A DNA stretch of 64,000 nucleotides from Isurus oxyrinchus (Eukaryota), in assembly GCA_026770705.1 (NCBI GenBank), contig JANJGN010000036.1, forward strand, positions 930,001 through 994,000, in the 5' to 3' direction. The translations under genes and the position numbers were made by a program. A model generated the notes under the pieces. It was given only the letters and a program-made list of their open reading frames with translations. It was not told where the DNA came from and did no database searches. Below, piece by piece: positions 36,930 through 48,337 of the stretch. Each line of letters begins with the position of its first letter. Within the stretch, counting starts at the first letter, position 1.

Positions 36930-38460
36930 TAATCACGTTATATGTGAGTTTGGTTTTGTAAAGTCAAAGGTACACATTTAAGTTTAAGTTTAATTAAAAT
37001 TATTTTCTATTTATCGATTAAAATGTTGAACCTGGAACCTAGATTCATTTTTGAGCGAAGGTCGCAGGCCTAAAGCTCCGTTGATTCTTGCATTCCTTAT
37101 GTATTTTATGACTCTTGAAGAAAAGTTAAAACAAAAATAAGAGTAGAAAAACAAGTGCTGTTGCCGAGCAATGGGGTTCCAGGGAGTGAGGCTCCCTCAC
37201 ACATACCTAAACAGACACACACACACACACACACATACACAGATTGAGAGAGGGAGAGACAGGAAAAGCAATAGTTTGAGTTATTTTGAAAGCATCTGTC
37301 AGAGAGACACTGGAGAGCAGAGGGACAGAGAGCAATACCCAAACTGAGATTGGATCTAAGACTCTAGATAAGCAGTCTACTGGGAGAAGGGAGTACAGAG
37401 AGCAGATTTCCAAAAAAAGGAACAGATAGGCCCAAAGGGCAAGGAGTGAGACTGAAATGGAAGATTGCCCCAAGTAGATGTTCTAGTCAAATGAAGCTCA
37501 GGGAAGTGAAAAGGCTGCTGCAAATTGAAATTAAGAGTGGGGAGCTGAAGAAGACTTCAAACTTCAAGCTCAAAGGGAGAAATGTGCAGGAAGCAGATTT
37601 AATGCAGGATAGGCTTGAAGGGAACAGGAAGGTCCAAGGAGACATCTGATGGTCTGTAATTCTTACTATGTGCATGTGAATCAGTGGCACATTGGTGGTG
37701 GCTGAGCCAGTGAAAGAGAGTGTGCGAAAGTAACCTTGAACGTACATAGTGATCCTGGGGTGAGAAACATGGGAAGGTGAGTCGAAATCCTGGAGGTGGA
37801 CCCTTTCGGAAGGCATTTGAGTGAAAGCATCGGTTTGGGAGAAGAGTCGAAAAAGAGTTCCTGGAGAGTTGAGATTGGAAACCCTCTTTGGAAAGATGGA
37901 AATCAGTGAAACGGGTTGTCTCACGTTGTGATAAGCATATTGTGCGGCCATGGCGACTGGTGGGGGGTGAGGGGGAGGGTTGGGGGCGGCTTGACGATGG
38001 CAACCGATGAGGCATTGATAGCACCTCTTTGGAGTGTGGGGCAGGCGGTGGTTGGAATTGATTGGATATTTGCAAATTCTCATTTTACTACGCAAAGCTA
38101 CCTGGGGATTCACAGGAAGGAAGCTCTACTGACTTTGTTTCTAAACCTCAGTTCTTCACTTGTAAAAAAGGGCAGCTGGCAGTGAGGGAGAAACACAATC
38201 AGGCACTTGCTCTGCTGCCACCGCAGAAGGTGGTTGATGAACGGAATGAATCGCTTCACATCTAAGTTTGAGTATTCTTAAATTGAATCATTAAACTGTT
38301 CTAAGACTATTTGACAGGAACTATTCAATGAGTCCTTCAGAGAGCAAATTAAACTGGCTTGAAATATATAATAATGGATTCAAATACTTTAATGATGGAG
38401 TGTGGATATTAGCTGATGATCACACTCTGGCACTGTTCACTGTTATAATTTATCTTTCAA
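36930..38460 (+). mobile_element. Possible decayed LTR-retrotransposon gag remnant
   Basis: Glu/Lys-rich coiled-coil-like stretch (37446..37649) and WILADDHTL resemble the Gmr1 gag at 12.4-13.4 kb; heavily degraded. Confidence 0.3.
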
Positions 38461-38488
38461 AATAAATCACATAGAAAATCTTATAAAT

Positions 38489-38554
38489 GTGTTGCCCAAA
38501 AGAGTGCCTTAAATTTTAGTCGTGTTGCCCAGAAGGGTGCCTTAAATTTTAGTC
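38489..38554 (+). repeat. 33-bp tandem duplication (2 copies)
   Basis: gtgttgccca[a/g]aag[a/g]gtgccttaaattttagtc occurs twice in tandem. Confidence 0.9.
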
Positions 38555-40334
38555 GTGGGTTATTCTGCGACTGAATTTGATTTACCGATTTTGCACCCAT
38601 GCTGAATTTGTGGATGATTCAGGATATCACAAAATGTGGGCTAATGGACACCAGATTGGAAGGTTTGCATCGAGTCACGAATTTGCTGGTCACGGTTTCG
38701 AAGCTAAAGCTATCAGGAAGGATTGAACAGGCTGGGGCTTTTTCCTGTAGAAACGTGGAAGCTGAGGGGGTGACCACATAGAGGCCATTAAAATTATGAA
38801 CATATTCGATGTGGCAGCCATAAAGAAGATATTCGCACTTGTGGGAGTGATACCAGAACTAGGGACCATCAAGATAAGATAGTCACCAGTAAATCCAATT
38901 TGGAATGGAGGACGGACCTCTTCATTCATACAGTGTGGAGAATGTGGAATTCGCCCCCACAGAGAGTGATCAAGGTGAATCACAGAGTTGGATTGAAGGG
39001 TGAATGATGAAAAACACACGAGTGAGAAAGAAATTGAAGATTAGGTAGATGGGGCGAGAGGAAGATGGAGTGGGAGGAGGGTAGTGTGAAGCAGAAACAC
39101 CAGCATGGAGCAGATGGTCCATAGTTCGCTGACCAGCAGGAGTATTTCTGACATGAAGAAACAGGTGGGAAGACAGACTCTGGGTAAAACAATGACTGAA
39201 ATATTCACATCATACTCTAGTCTTCTTCAATCCGGTGTGTTTTTGTTGAATACAGAATAAATTAATGTTTTCTCGGTGAATTAAATAGGTCCCTTGGAAT
39301 GTGGAACACTTCCCCTCTGCCCACGCAAATATCATGAGCAGTACTGTTGTTGAATTCAGCACCACTGCCTTTTGTCTCCACTTTGCACCTGCCTGGACTG
39401 CGCACCACCAGTGACGTGTGTTTACCACGACATGAAGCATGTTGCCTTTTGCAGGCAGGTCTCCTAACCTGTAAACAGGAAACCCACAGCTAAACTTTGC
39501 ACCACGCTGATTTTTCCAGTGTCCTATTTTTAACCGTTGCACGTAATTTTCGCAAAATATGCACTTTCCGCACGTCTTCCAATCCCGGAGCCGAGAACAG
39601 ACACCCGAGCAATGGGATGGTGAAAATCTCACAGCAAGAGGCCCGGGAGACCGAGAGCTTCTTAATGCCGTGTGCGTTGATGCATCTGTGCTCAGGATTG
39701 TGCCTTATTCACTCCCTATTCAGGATGGCTTAAGGCTACTGAGATGGTCAGCCAAGTAGAAACTTATCCCCTTACCTAGATTGCAGTATATTACTTTCAT
39801 ATGAATGAACTGAACCATGTCCACCTGGTCAAAGTCGATGAGTTATCAACATTTGACAACCTATGAGATAAGATGTTAAACTTAGATATCCTCTGTCTGT
39901 CCCTTTGGGGATGAATAGGGTTCCAGAGTCAATATTTGCAGAGGACCTGAGAGGTGAATGGAGTTAGGTGGCAGAGTTCCCCCTGTCTCCCTTGGGCCAC
40001 TATTTATTCCTCAAACAACATCAGTGAAAACGTGATGTGGGCCATAATGACATTGTGATTTGTGGGTTTTGCTGTGTGCAGTTACAGCTGCCACGTTACC
40101 TCCATGACAACAGAGATTAACTTCAAATAAAAGTACTTCATTGTCCCTGAAGCGCGTCCTTCCCTCTTGCTGTTGTTATTGTTTCAATTCAACGTAAACT
40201 TTTGACCCCGTGCGCATTTATGAATGAATGGACGGCATATTCTATTTTTAACGGTTGTAGACGATTCTTCATTGGAAATATTTTCTCTCTCCCTGCCATA
40301 GCAGAACCCATAGTGTTGATCGTCTATCTCTCAT

Positions 40335-42135
40335 TTACTGCATCTCAGGCAGCTTTGTCCCAGGCTCCGGCAGTTCAGATTCTCTCGCTTAGAAGTAGCT
40401 TCAAGGTGCACTGTAGCAAGGCACTGTAACATGGGGCTGGAGTTGTGGGTGGGGAGGGGGTTTTGAGGGAGGGGGGCGGGGAGCGTGTGTAGGGCCTGTC
40501 TACTGGTGTAAACGGAGCCAAGGGGCGCATCTGCAACTGCTTTTGCACCGTGAAAAAATCGAACCCTTCTACCGAGAGATTTTCGGGAGAAGTAAAGGAC
40601 AAATTGACTCTCTATTCTCGGATCATTGCGGGTTTGCAGGCCAGTGATTCGGGCATGTATCACTTTGCAACTAAAGAGTTTAGTGGGATGCTGTTTGCGT
40701 TTGGAAAAGGTTGCAAATTGCTCATCAGGGGTAGAAATTACAAGAATTTTACGCAATGTGCCATCAATAATCAGAGAGTTATGGCCAATAGTGAACGAAC
40801 TTTAATGCCCCATCGAGCCGCGTTCTCCAATAAGCGACCTACAAAATCCTCCACCCGCTGAAATTCCTACCATGGGAAGGATCACTTTGGTATGGTTGGT
40901 GAAGGGCATTCACCCTGATCCCTTTGTCGCCCGCTGGAATTGTTTTGGGTGGGAAATCAAGGGGCAGAGTGATTCCAGGGCAATCGAGCTGGAGGGGACT
41001 CCAACAACAAGACTTAAATAAATTTTTGGGCGGAAATATGAAGCAGCAGTGCCCTCTGTACTTGCCAGTTCAAGAAAACTCTAGTGAAAATCTTCCAACT
41101 GAAACTGTTTCATCTCAGAAAAGTAGATATTACCAGTTAACTTGTGTATTTAATGTGCAGCCTATTTGTTAGCAATATCTCTTTTTACATTAAAACTCCC
41201 TTTTGCTAAGTGCCCATCTGTCAATTCCTGACCCCTAACTTCACTCTCATATAGCTCATCATTTCAGTGCTTAGCTTTGTGAATTTTTAAGTGCTTCTGT
41301 ATCGTTGGTTAAAAAGCATATTGAACGAGATAAGCTATTTTGACATGTCAATGATTAAAGAAAATCCCAAATTTTTGTTTACTAATTTCTCTCTCGATTC
41401 CCATATGTTATTATCTGTATTCCTCAGAGCTTGCAGCACAGAAGCAGGGCATTCGGCCCTTGGGCTCTGTGTTGATGTTTCTGCTCCACACGAACCTCCC
41501 CCCACCTCTCGTTATCTCACCCCATCAATATATCATCCTGTTCCCTTATTCATTATGTGTTTACCCAGCGTCTCGTTTAAACGTGTCTCAGCTATTGACT
41601 TTCAGCTATTTCAATAACGCTATTTCGACTCAGTTTAATTTTCACTTTCTAACGGGCAACGTTAACAGTGATGCAGAACTGATAGATTGCAGAGCAAGGA
41701 CACAAGTAAATACGATAACAATGAATTGAATTGTTTCCTAGCATGTGTAGATACATTTCACTGAATTTTAATCAAAGTTTTAACATTCATAATTTCTGTC
41801 ATATGAGTGCAGGACATTTTGCATAGTGCATACTGTTTGATAACACTGTTTACATGTCCTATAACACTGCGATGTCAGATGAAATTTATTGGCTGGAATT
41901 CAACTGCTAATTGATATTGGCCACTTTTTATTGGGTAAAAGGGATTTAGTTTTATAGAAGGAAGGCAAGGGGATGGGGTTAAGGTACAGATCAGAAATGT
42001 TCTTATTGAAAGGCAGAACAGGCTCGAAGGGCTGAATGGCCTCCTGATGATGTTGTGGCTCACGATAATTATTTGTGTTTCCTCTTGCAGAATAATTTTC
42101 CTCGACTGGTTTTTAATGCGGATCGCACATTCTGA
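40335..42135 (+). pseudogene. Older type-2 VJ-C1 receptor pseudogene (copy D)
   Basis: V exon 40335-40730 (SQAPAVQ..KVHC, VYWCKR, ERFSG, DSGMYHF, FAFGKGCKLLIR) with a stop and a G-rich insert. Decayed C1 ~40830-41122 (PAEIPTMGRITLVWLVKG..ARWN..ALCTC..TVSSQK). TM exon absent, SINE in its place. Tail exon 41656-41705 and terminal exon 42091-42135 (NNFPRLVFNADRTF*) align with the copy A tail exons. Confidence 0.75.
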
Positions 42136-43074
42136 TTGCAAACAATATCGAGAGCTCATCTTCTGCTTTCAGACTATGACATGTGGTGGAAAGATTTCTC
42201 TGGTGTGTCCTTATTGGATGAAAGCCTGGACGCGTGATCCTTTCCAAGAGACAGCCACCTCAATTCCAGTTCCCTGCTGAATGCGTATTTATCAGTAATG
42301 GCGAGCAATATAGTCTGCCGTTTCGAGGTGTACTGGAGAGTCTTCATGGCTGACCAAACAGGATCCAATTCAAGTGCCAGTTGTCATCCAGAAATTTTAA
42401 AATTCTGTTCAGTCTTGATATGTTTCTACTTTCGTGTGATAGTGCTTTTAACATCATTGTGCATCTTTGTGTAGTGCTTGAGCAGGAAAGAGAGTATCAG
42501 TGTCCAAGTTAGCAAACAATTAAAAACGTTTTGAAACCCAAGCATTGCATTTGGGAGTTCAGGCTCTTTGATCCCTTAGTGCAGAAGTGCTCAGTGAATC
42601 TGCAATGGCAGGTTACAGGACATCTTTATAGACCAGATGTGTGCAGTTTCAAAGTGGAGCCTATTCAACAAGAACAAGACCTGAACTGAAAGATTATGAT
42701 ATCAGGGAAGATTGAACAGGCTGGGCCGCATTTCTCCACAAAATAGAAGACTCGGGGTCGTGGTGGGGTGGGAGTGGGGTGCGGGGGGTGGGGGGGTGGG
42801 GTGGGGGGTGGATGCTGAAGATACTTAAAATTATAGAGTGATTCGATATGCGTAGATGGAGAAAGAACGTTTCCTCTTGCAGGCAGAGATGAAATAAATA
42901 CAAAGAATATAGCACTTTCATTAATAATTCCAGTGGGGAACTCAGGGTTACTTACTTTTCGATAAGAAGGAGGAGAAACCATAGGGAGTGCTTGGTGTGA
43001 AGATTTGAAATGTATCTCAGGGTGAAGCTAAATAAATACATGACCAATAAAGGAATCGGAGGACATGTTATAAA

Positions 43075-46070
43075 GGCATAGTGTCATAGATAGGCGAGAA
43101 AAAGGGCCTTCGGCCCATCGAGTCTGCGCTGGTCAAACAGGTAGCTAGCAATTCTAATCCCATTTTCCATCACTGGCCCATAGCCTTGAATGCCATGTCA
43201 TCTCAAGTGCACAACCAAATATCTCTTAAATGTTATGAGGTGTCTGCCTCTACCACTCTTTGAGGCAGTAAATTCCAGATTTCCAGCACCCTCTGGGTGA
43301 ATAAATTCTTCCTCACATCACCTCTAAACCCCCTGCTCCTTACCTTTAATCTGTGCCACCTGGTTATTGATCCATGCATCAAGGGGAAAAGTTCCTTCCT
43401 GTCTACCCTATCTATACCCCTCATAACTTTATACACCTGAATCATGTCCCCCCTCAATCTTCTCTGCTCCAGGGAAATTGACCACAGTCTATCCAATCTC
43501 TCCTCTTAACTAAAATTCTCCAGCCCAGGCAACATCCTGATAAACCTCCTCTGCACTCTTGCTCATGTAATCATATCCTTCCTATAATGTGGATTCCAGA
43601 ACTGCAGGCAATTCTCTGGCCGTGGACAAGTCAACCTGTTATACAGTTCCGGCATAATCTCCCTGCTCTTATATTCTATGCCTAGGCTAATAAAGGAAAG
43701 TATCCCATATGCCTTCTTAACCACCTTATCTACCTTTTCCGCTACCTTAAGGGACTGGTGGACATGCAAACCACGGCGCTCCTCATCCTCAGTACTTCCC
43801 AGTGCCCTACCATTGATCATGCATTCCCATGCTTTGTTTGTCCTGCTAAAGTGCATCACCTCACACTTATATGGATTAAATTCCAATTGCCATTAATCAG
43901 CCCATCTGACCAGCCCGTCTATGTCCTCTGGTAATCGAAGGCTATTCTCCTCACTATTTACAACCCCACCAATTTCTGTGTCAGCCGCTAATGTACTGAT
44001 GAACCATCCTACATTCAAGTCTAAATCCTTTATATATTCCAGAAACAGCAAAGGGCCCATCACCGATCCCTGTGGAACCCTAATGGATACAGTCAGCCAG
44101 TCACAAAAAACACCCCTCGACCATCACCCTCTGCCAATTCTGGAACCAATTTTACAAATTGTATTGGATCCCATGGGCTCTTACCTTCGCCATTAGTCTC
44201 CCATGCGGGACCTGATCAAAAGCCTTGCTGAAGGACAAGTAGACTACTTCAAATGGATTGCCCTCATCTGCACCACTGCTCAGCTCTTCGAAAAATTCAA
44301 TCAAATTCTTCAGATATGGCCTCCCCTGAAGAAAACCATTATGACGTTCATTGATTAATCCCTGCTTCTCCAAATGTAGATTAATTCTGTCCCTGAGATT
44401 TGCTTCCAATAGTTTCCACATCACTGAGGTTAGACTGACTGGCCTGTAGTTCTCTAGCACACCTCTTCCACCCTTCTTGAATAATGATATCACATTGCCT
44501 ATCTTTCAATCCTCTGGCATCATTCCTGTGGCCTGAGAGGTACTGAAAATTATTACCAGCACCCCTGCTATCTCGTTTCTTGCCTCACTCAACAGCCTGG
44601 CGTACATTTCATCCGGGCCTGGAGACTTATCTACTTTTAAGGCTCCCAGGCCACTTAGAGACTCCTTCCTTTATTTGCTATTTTAAGAAATTATGACACA
44701 GGCTTTCTGCCTGGTTTCCATACCCACTTCGTCTCTCTCGCTTGTGAACACCGGCATAAAATATTCATTTAGGGCCCTAGCTATGTCTTCCGGCTCCACA
44801 CACAATTTATGACTATGGTTTTTAATGGGCCCTGCTCTTTCCCTAGTTATCATCTTATGCTTAATGTACTTGTAAATTAAGTTTGGATTTTCCTTTATTT
44901 TACCTGCCAATGTTCGTTCAAGCCCCATTTTTGGTCTTCTAATTTCGTTTTTCTGTTCTCCCCTATACATTCTATAAAGCTCTAGGACTTCCATTGTTTT
45001 GGTGTATACTATATGCTTCCCCTTTTTCTCTTTACACAATCCTATATATCCATCGACATCCCAGGTTCCATGGATTAGATGTTCCCATCCTTTGTTTTTA
45101 CTGGAATATGTTGGCCCTGTACTGTCCCTATTTCCTTCTTGAATGAGTCCCACTGCTCTGATGCAGATTTACCTAAAGGTAACTGCTCCCAGTCCACTCT
45201 GGCCAAATCATATCTTATCTTATTAAAATCGGCATCCCCCCAATTTAGAAATCTGATTTCTGGTCCATCCTTGTCCTTTTCCAGAATAACCTCGAATTTA
45301 ATGGAGTTATGGTCACTATCAGAAAAATGCTCCCCCACTGATACCTCTACCAATCCCTGTTTTCATTCCCTAAAGTTAAGTGCGGGATCTTCCCCTCTCT
45401 TGTTAGACCTTATACGTACCGCCTTAGAAATTTCTCCAGGATGCATTTAAAGAATTCCACTCCCTCTAAACTTATCACACTATATCTAACCCAGTTAATG
45501 TTGGGGAAGATGAAATCCCCCCACTATTATTAGCCCATTATGTTTACACTTGTCTGAAATTTGCCTATCTATCTGATCTTCTATTTCTCTCTCATTGTTT
45601 GGGGGGCTATAGTTCACTCCCTGCAATGTGATTGCTCCTTTTGTTGTTTTTCTTTAGTTCTGCCCTCATGGCTTCGTTTGAGCAGCCTTCTAAGCTGTCA
45701 TCCCTCCTTACTGCTGTAATTGATTCCTTGATCAATGTTGCAATGCCTCCTCCTCTTTTACCTGTTTCCCTGACTCGCCTGAAGACCTTGTATCCTCGAG
45801 TATTGAGCTACCAATCCTGCCCCTTTGTCATCCATGTCTCGGCGACAGCAATGGCATCATACATCCATGTCTTAATTTCTGCCCTGGACTCATCTGTCTT
45901 ATTTGTCAGACTCCTTGCATTAACACAAACAGCATCTAACATTGCTAAACACCACTGTGCCTTTACTGGCCTAAAATTCCTATGCCTTTCAGACTCATCT
46001 GCTCTGTCTTCTAATTTTGGCTGTGCATCTCCCCCTGCTGACCACCCTCTCAGCATCCCATTCCCCTGAA
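43075..46070 (-). mobile_element. CR1 LINE, near-complete ORF2 (APE endonuclease plus RT), frameshifted
   Basis: CVNARSLTNKTDE..AVAETW, SDSDHNSIKF, LFKKGGR..NYRPVSLTSV, MEFNPYKCEVMHF, SLEQRRLRGDMIQVYK. Confidence 0.95.
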
Positions 46071-46339
46071 AGTTACTTTAAACCTTTAACAACAGCACTA
46101 TCGAAGCATCCCAGAAGGATGTTCGTCCCATTCCGGGGTGTGATGGAGAGGGTGTGTGAGGAGGGTCCTGTGGAGCAGAAAGACGAGCATAGAGCTGAGG
46201 GGCTGAATGGCCTGTGTCTGCTCTGGAAATAATTTGGAATATTGCAAAGCAGAAAGCATGAGCGGTGCCTAAAAGTGGTTTGTTGGTGATGTGAATATTG
46301 CGCATCAATAACACAATTTGTTCTTCACAATGAAGGAAC

Positions 46340-48250
46340 CAATTAAATATGAAAGGAGAATTCAAATGAAGTTTCACAGAGGTGACCTGATAACTCTGTG
46401 TTGACCATCACTAGGTCAAAAACATCGGCTGGAGAGAATTGCTTTTTAAGATACCTGTTACGATTGGAATCAATGTTATTCACTGAGCAAGCCAAATCCC
46501 AGACGGAAGGATGTCTTACTGATCTTTTTTGCCTTGCATTTTGAAAACGAAGGAAAACAATTAGTCCCAGTAGCACTGAATCCCAGTAACAATTTTACAA
46601 TTCTAAAGTTAAATGATTTATGGATAAGAAGGAAAAAAATGCCAGCATACAAGCTGAAAATATAGAGTTGAAACAGTCCTGCAAAATAATCCCGCAAAAA
46701 GCCCATAAAACACACCAGTAAACTGCTTGGCAACAGCTCCCTTATAGATCTTTAACCAGAAAAATCCAGTAATATCACACGAGGCAAAAAAACTGCTGCT
46801 ACTATAGCCAATACACCACACTAATTCTCACTCTCTTCCACTCTGCGCTGGAAATCCGAGGTTCAGAAACACAGTCCCTCCTGAAAACAAAGACCACTCT
46901 CTCTTTAAATCGGATGGCTGCTTCAAATTTACATTTTTCTCCCAGCACAGAGCTGGTATAAGGACATCTGCACCACACAGTCACCTCAGCTCAAATAAAT
47001 AACCTTCCATAAATAACGTTTTTTTTTCCCACTTTCATCATGGACTGCATTGTCGTAAGCAACTGTTAGAACTCAACAGTTCCAAAATATACAAATTTCA
47101 CACGTCTTCCTATTGTCTCGACTTTCGGGTCAAATAAAATTTATTAAGATTCTCTAGTTTACTTATGAAATCTTTTTAAGGTGTACAAGTCTCTCAAACT
47201 CCCTTTGAAATTTAGGAGCTAAGAGAAGGCCTTATATATAAGCTAAAAGAATTTAAGTACCAAACTTATTATTTTGTAATTCGAAATTCACCGTAAGCTT
47301 TCAGTAGAAATGCAAGCANNNNNNNNNNNNNNNNNNNNNNNNNNNNNNNNNNNNNNNNNNNNNNNNNNNNNNNNNNNNNNNNNNNNNNNNNNNNNNNNNN
47401 NNNNNNNNNNNNNNNNNNNNNNNNNNNNNNNNNNNNNNNNNNNNNNNNNNNNNNNNNNNNNNNNNNNNNNNNNNNNNNNNNNNNNNNNNNNNNNNNNNNN
47501 NNNNNNGATCCCCAAAATATATAACAACAACGCCCATCTTGACATACTGAACTCCAGACGTTCACCTTATTCCCATACCCTTTAATACATTTACACAACA
47601 CCATGAAATGGATACCAGCTTCAACAGCTTTCTGTGGGGGAGTGATGCAGATTTGCACTGCACGTTCCACAGAACCACTTGCTCCAAAACACACTACACT
47701 CACAATAAAGCTCGGACATGTGACTTTACGATTAAACACTAACCAAGAGAAACTGTGTAAAAGTGAAGTGGAACCAGCACAATGTTCTTGCATCGCTGTC
47801 CCTCTCCTCCTGTGTTCCCGTTCAAAAAATGATGAAACATATCAGATCTCAGGCAAAGCATCTCAATCCAGGACTGATGTTATCAACTCAACAGAAATTG
47901 CAGTTTTATCCAGATGAAATTAAATTATAATTGAACTATTAATCAGCACAAACATTTGGTGCATCGTTCTAATTGAATATTAATTTTTTTTATTTACATC
48001 CAGGCATTTATCAAGAAATGTACATCCTGCTAGTAACTGGGTTTACAGGATCAGCAGAAAAGATCCATGGAAACTGAGGAAAATCCCAAGTCTTTCCTCA
48101 GTGTTTCTTTCAACCTTGAGTTTAACGAGAAGAATAGAATATCCTTAACAACATTCAAAACAACTTTAAAATTCAACGAAATGAGACAGTCTTTGAAAGT
48201 TCTGGCACGTGCATGGGGAAAGTTTAATTGTTTGATGGAAGTCACCTTAG
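46340..48250 (-). pseudogene. Decayed SEA/EGF/TM (mucin- or HEG1-like) coding relic
   Basis: Frameshifted fragments in plausible domain order: SEA-like (NSSIII*FHL), EGF-like (LCKCIKGYG..VCQDGRC), SEA-like start (AYGEFRITK), EGF-like (WCRCPYTSSVLGEKC), TM-like (GVLAIVAAVFL..ITGFFWLKIYK). Spans an assembly gap. Confidence 0.35.
47319..47506. other. Assembly gap
   Basis: Run of N. Confidence 1.
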
Positions 48251-48337
48251 CTGCATGTTTATTTCCATAAAGCTGTAGGCTCTTTGGCTAATCCAGGCCC
48301 CTCCTGATAGTTGATCAGAAAGAAACCTTCCCGATTC

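Noticed and set aside
37487-38113. 208-aa minus-strand ORF
   Set aside because: No domain or splice context; likely antisense to a decayed retroelement.
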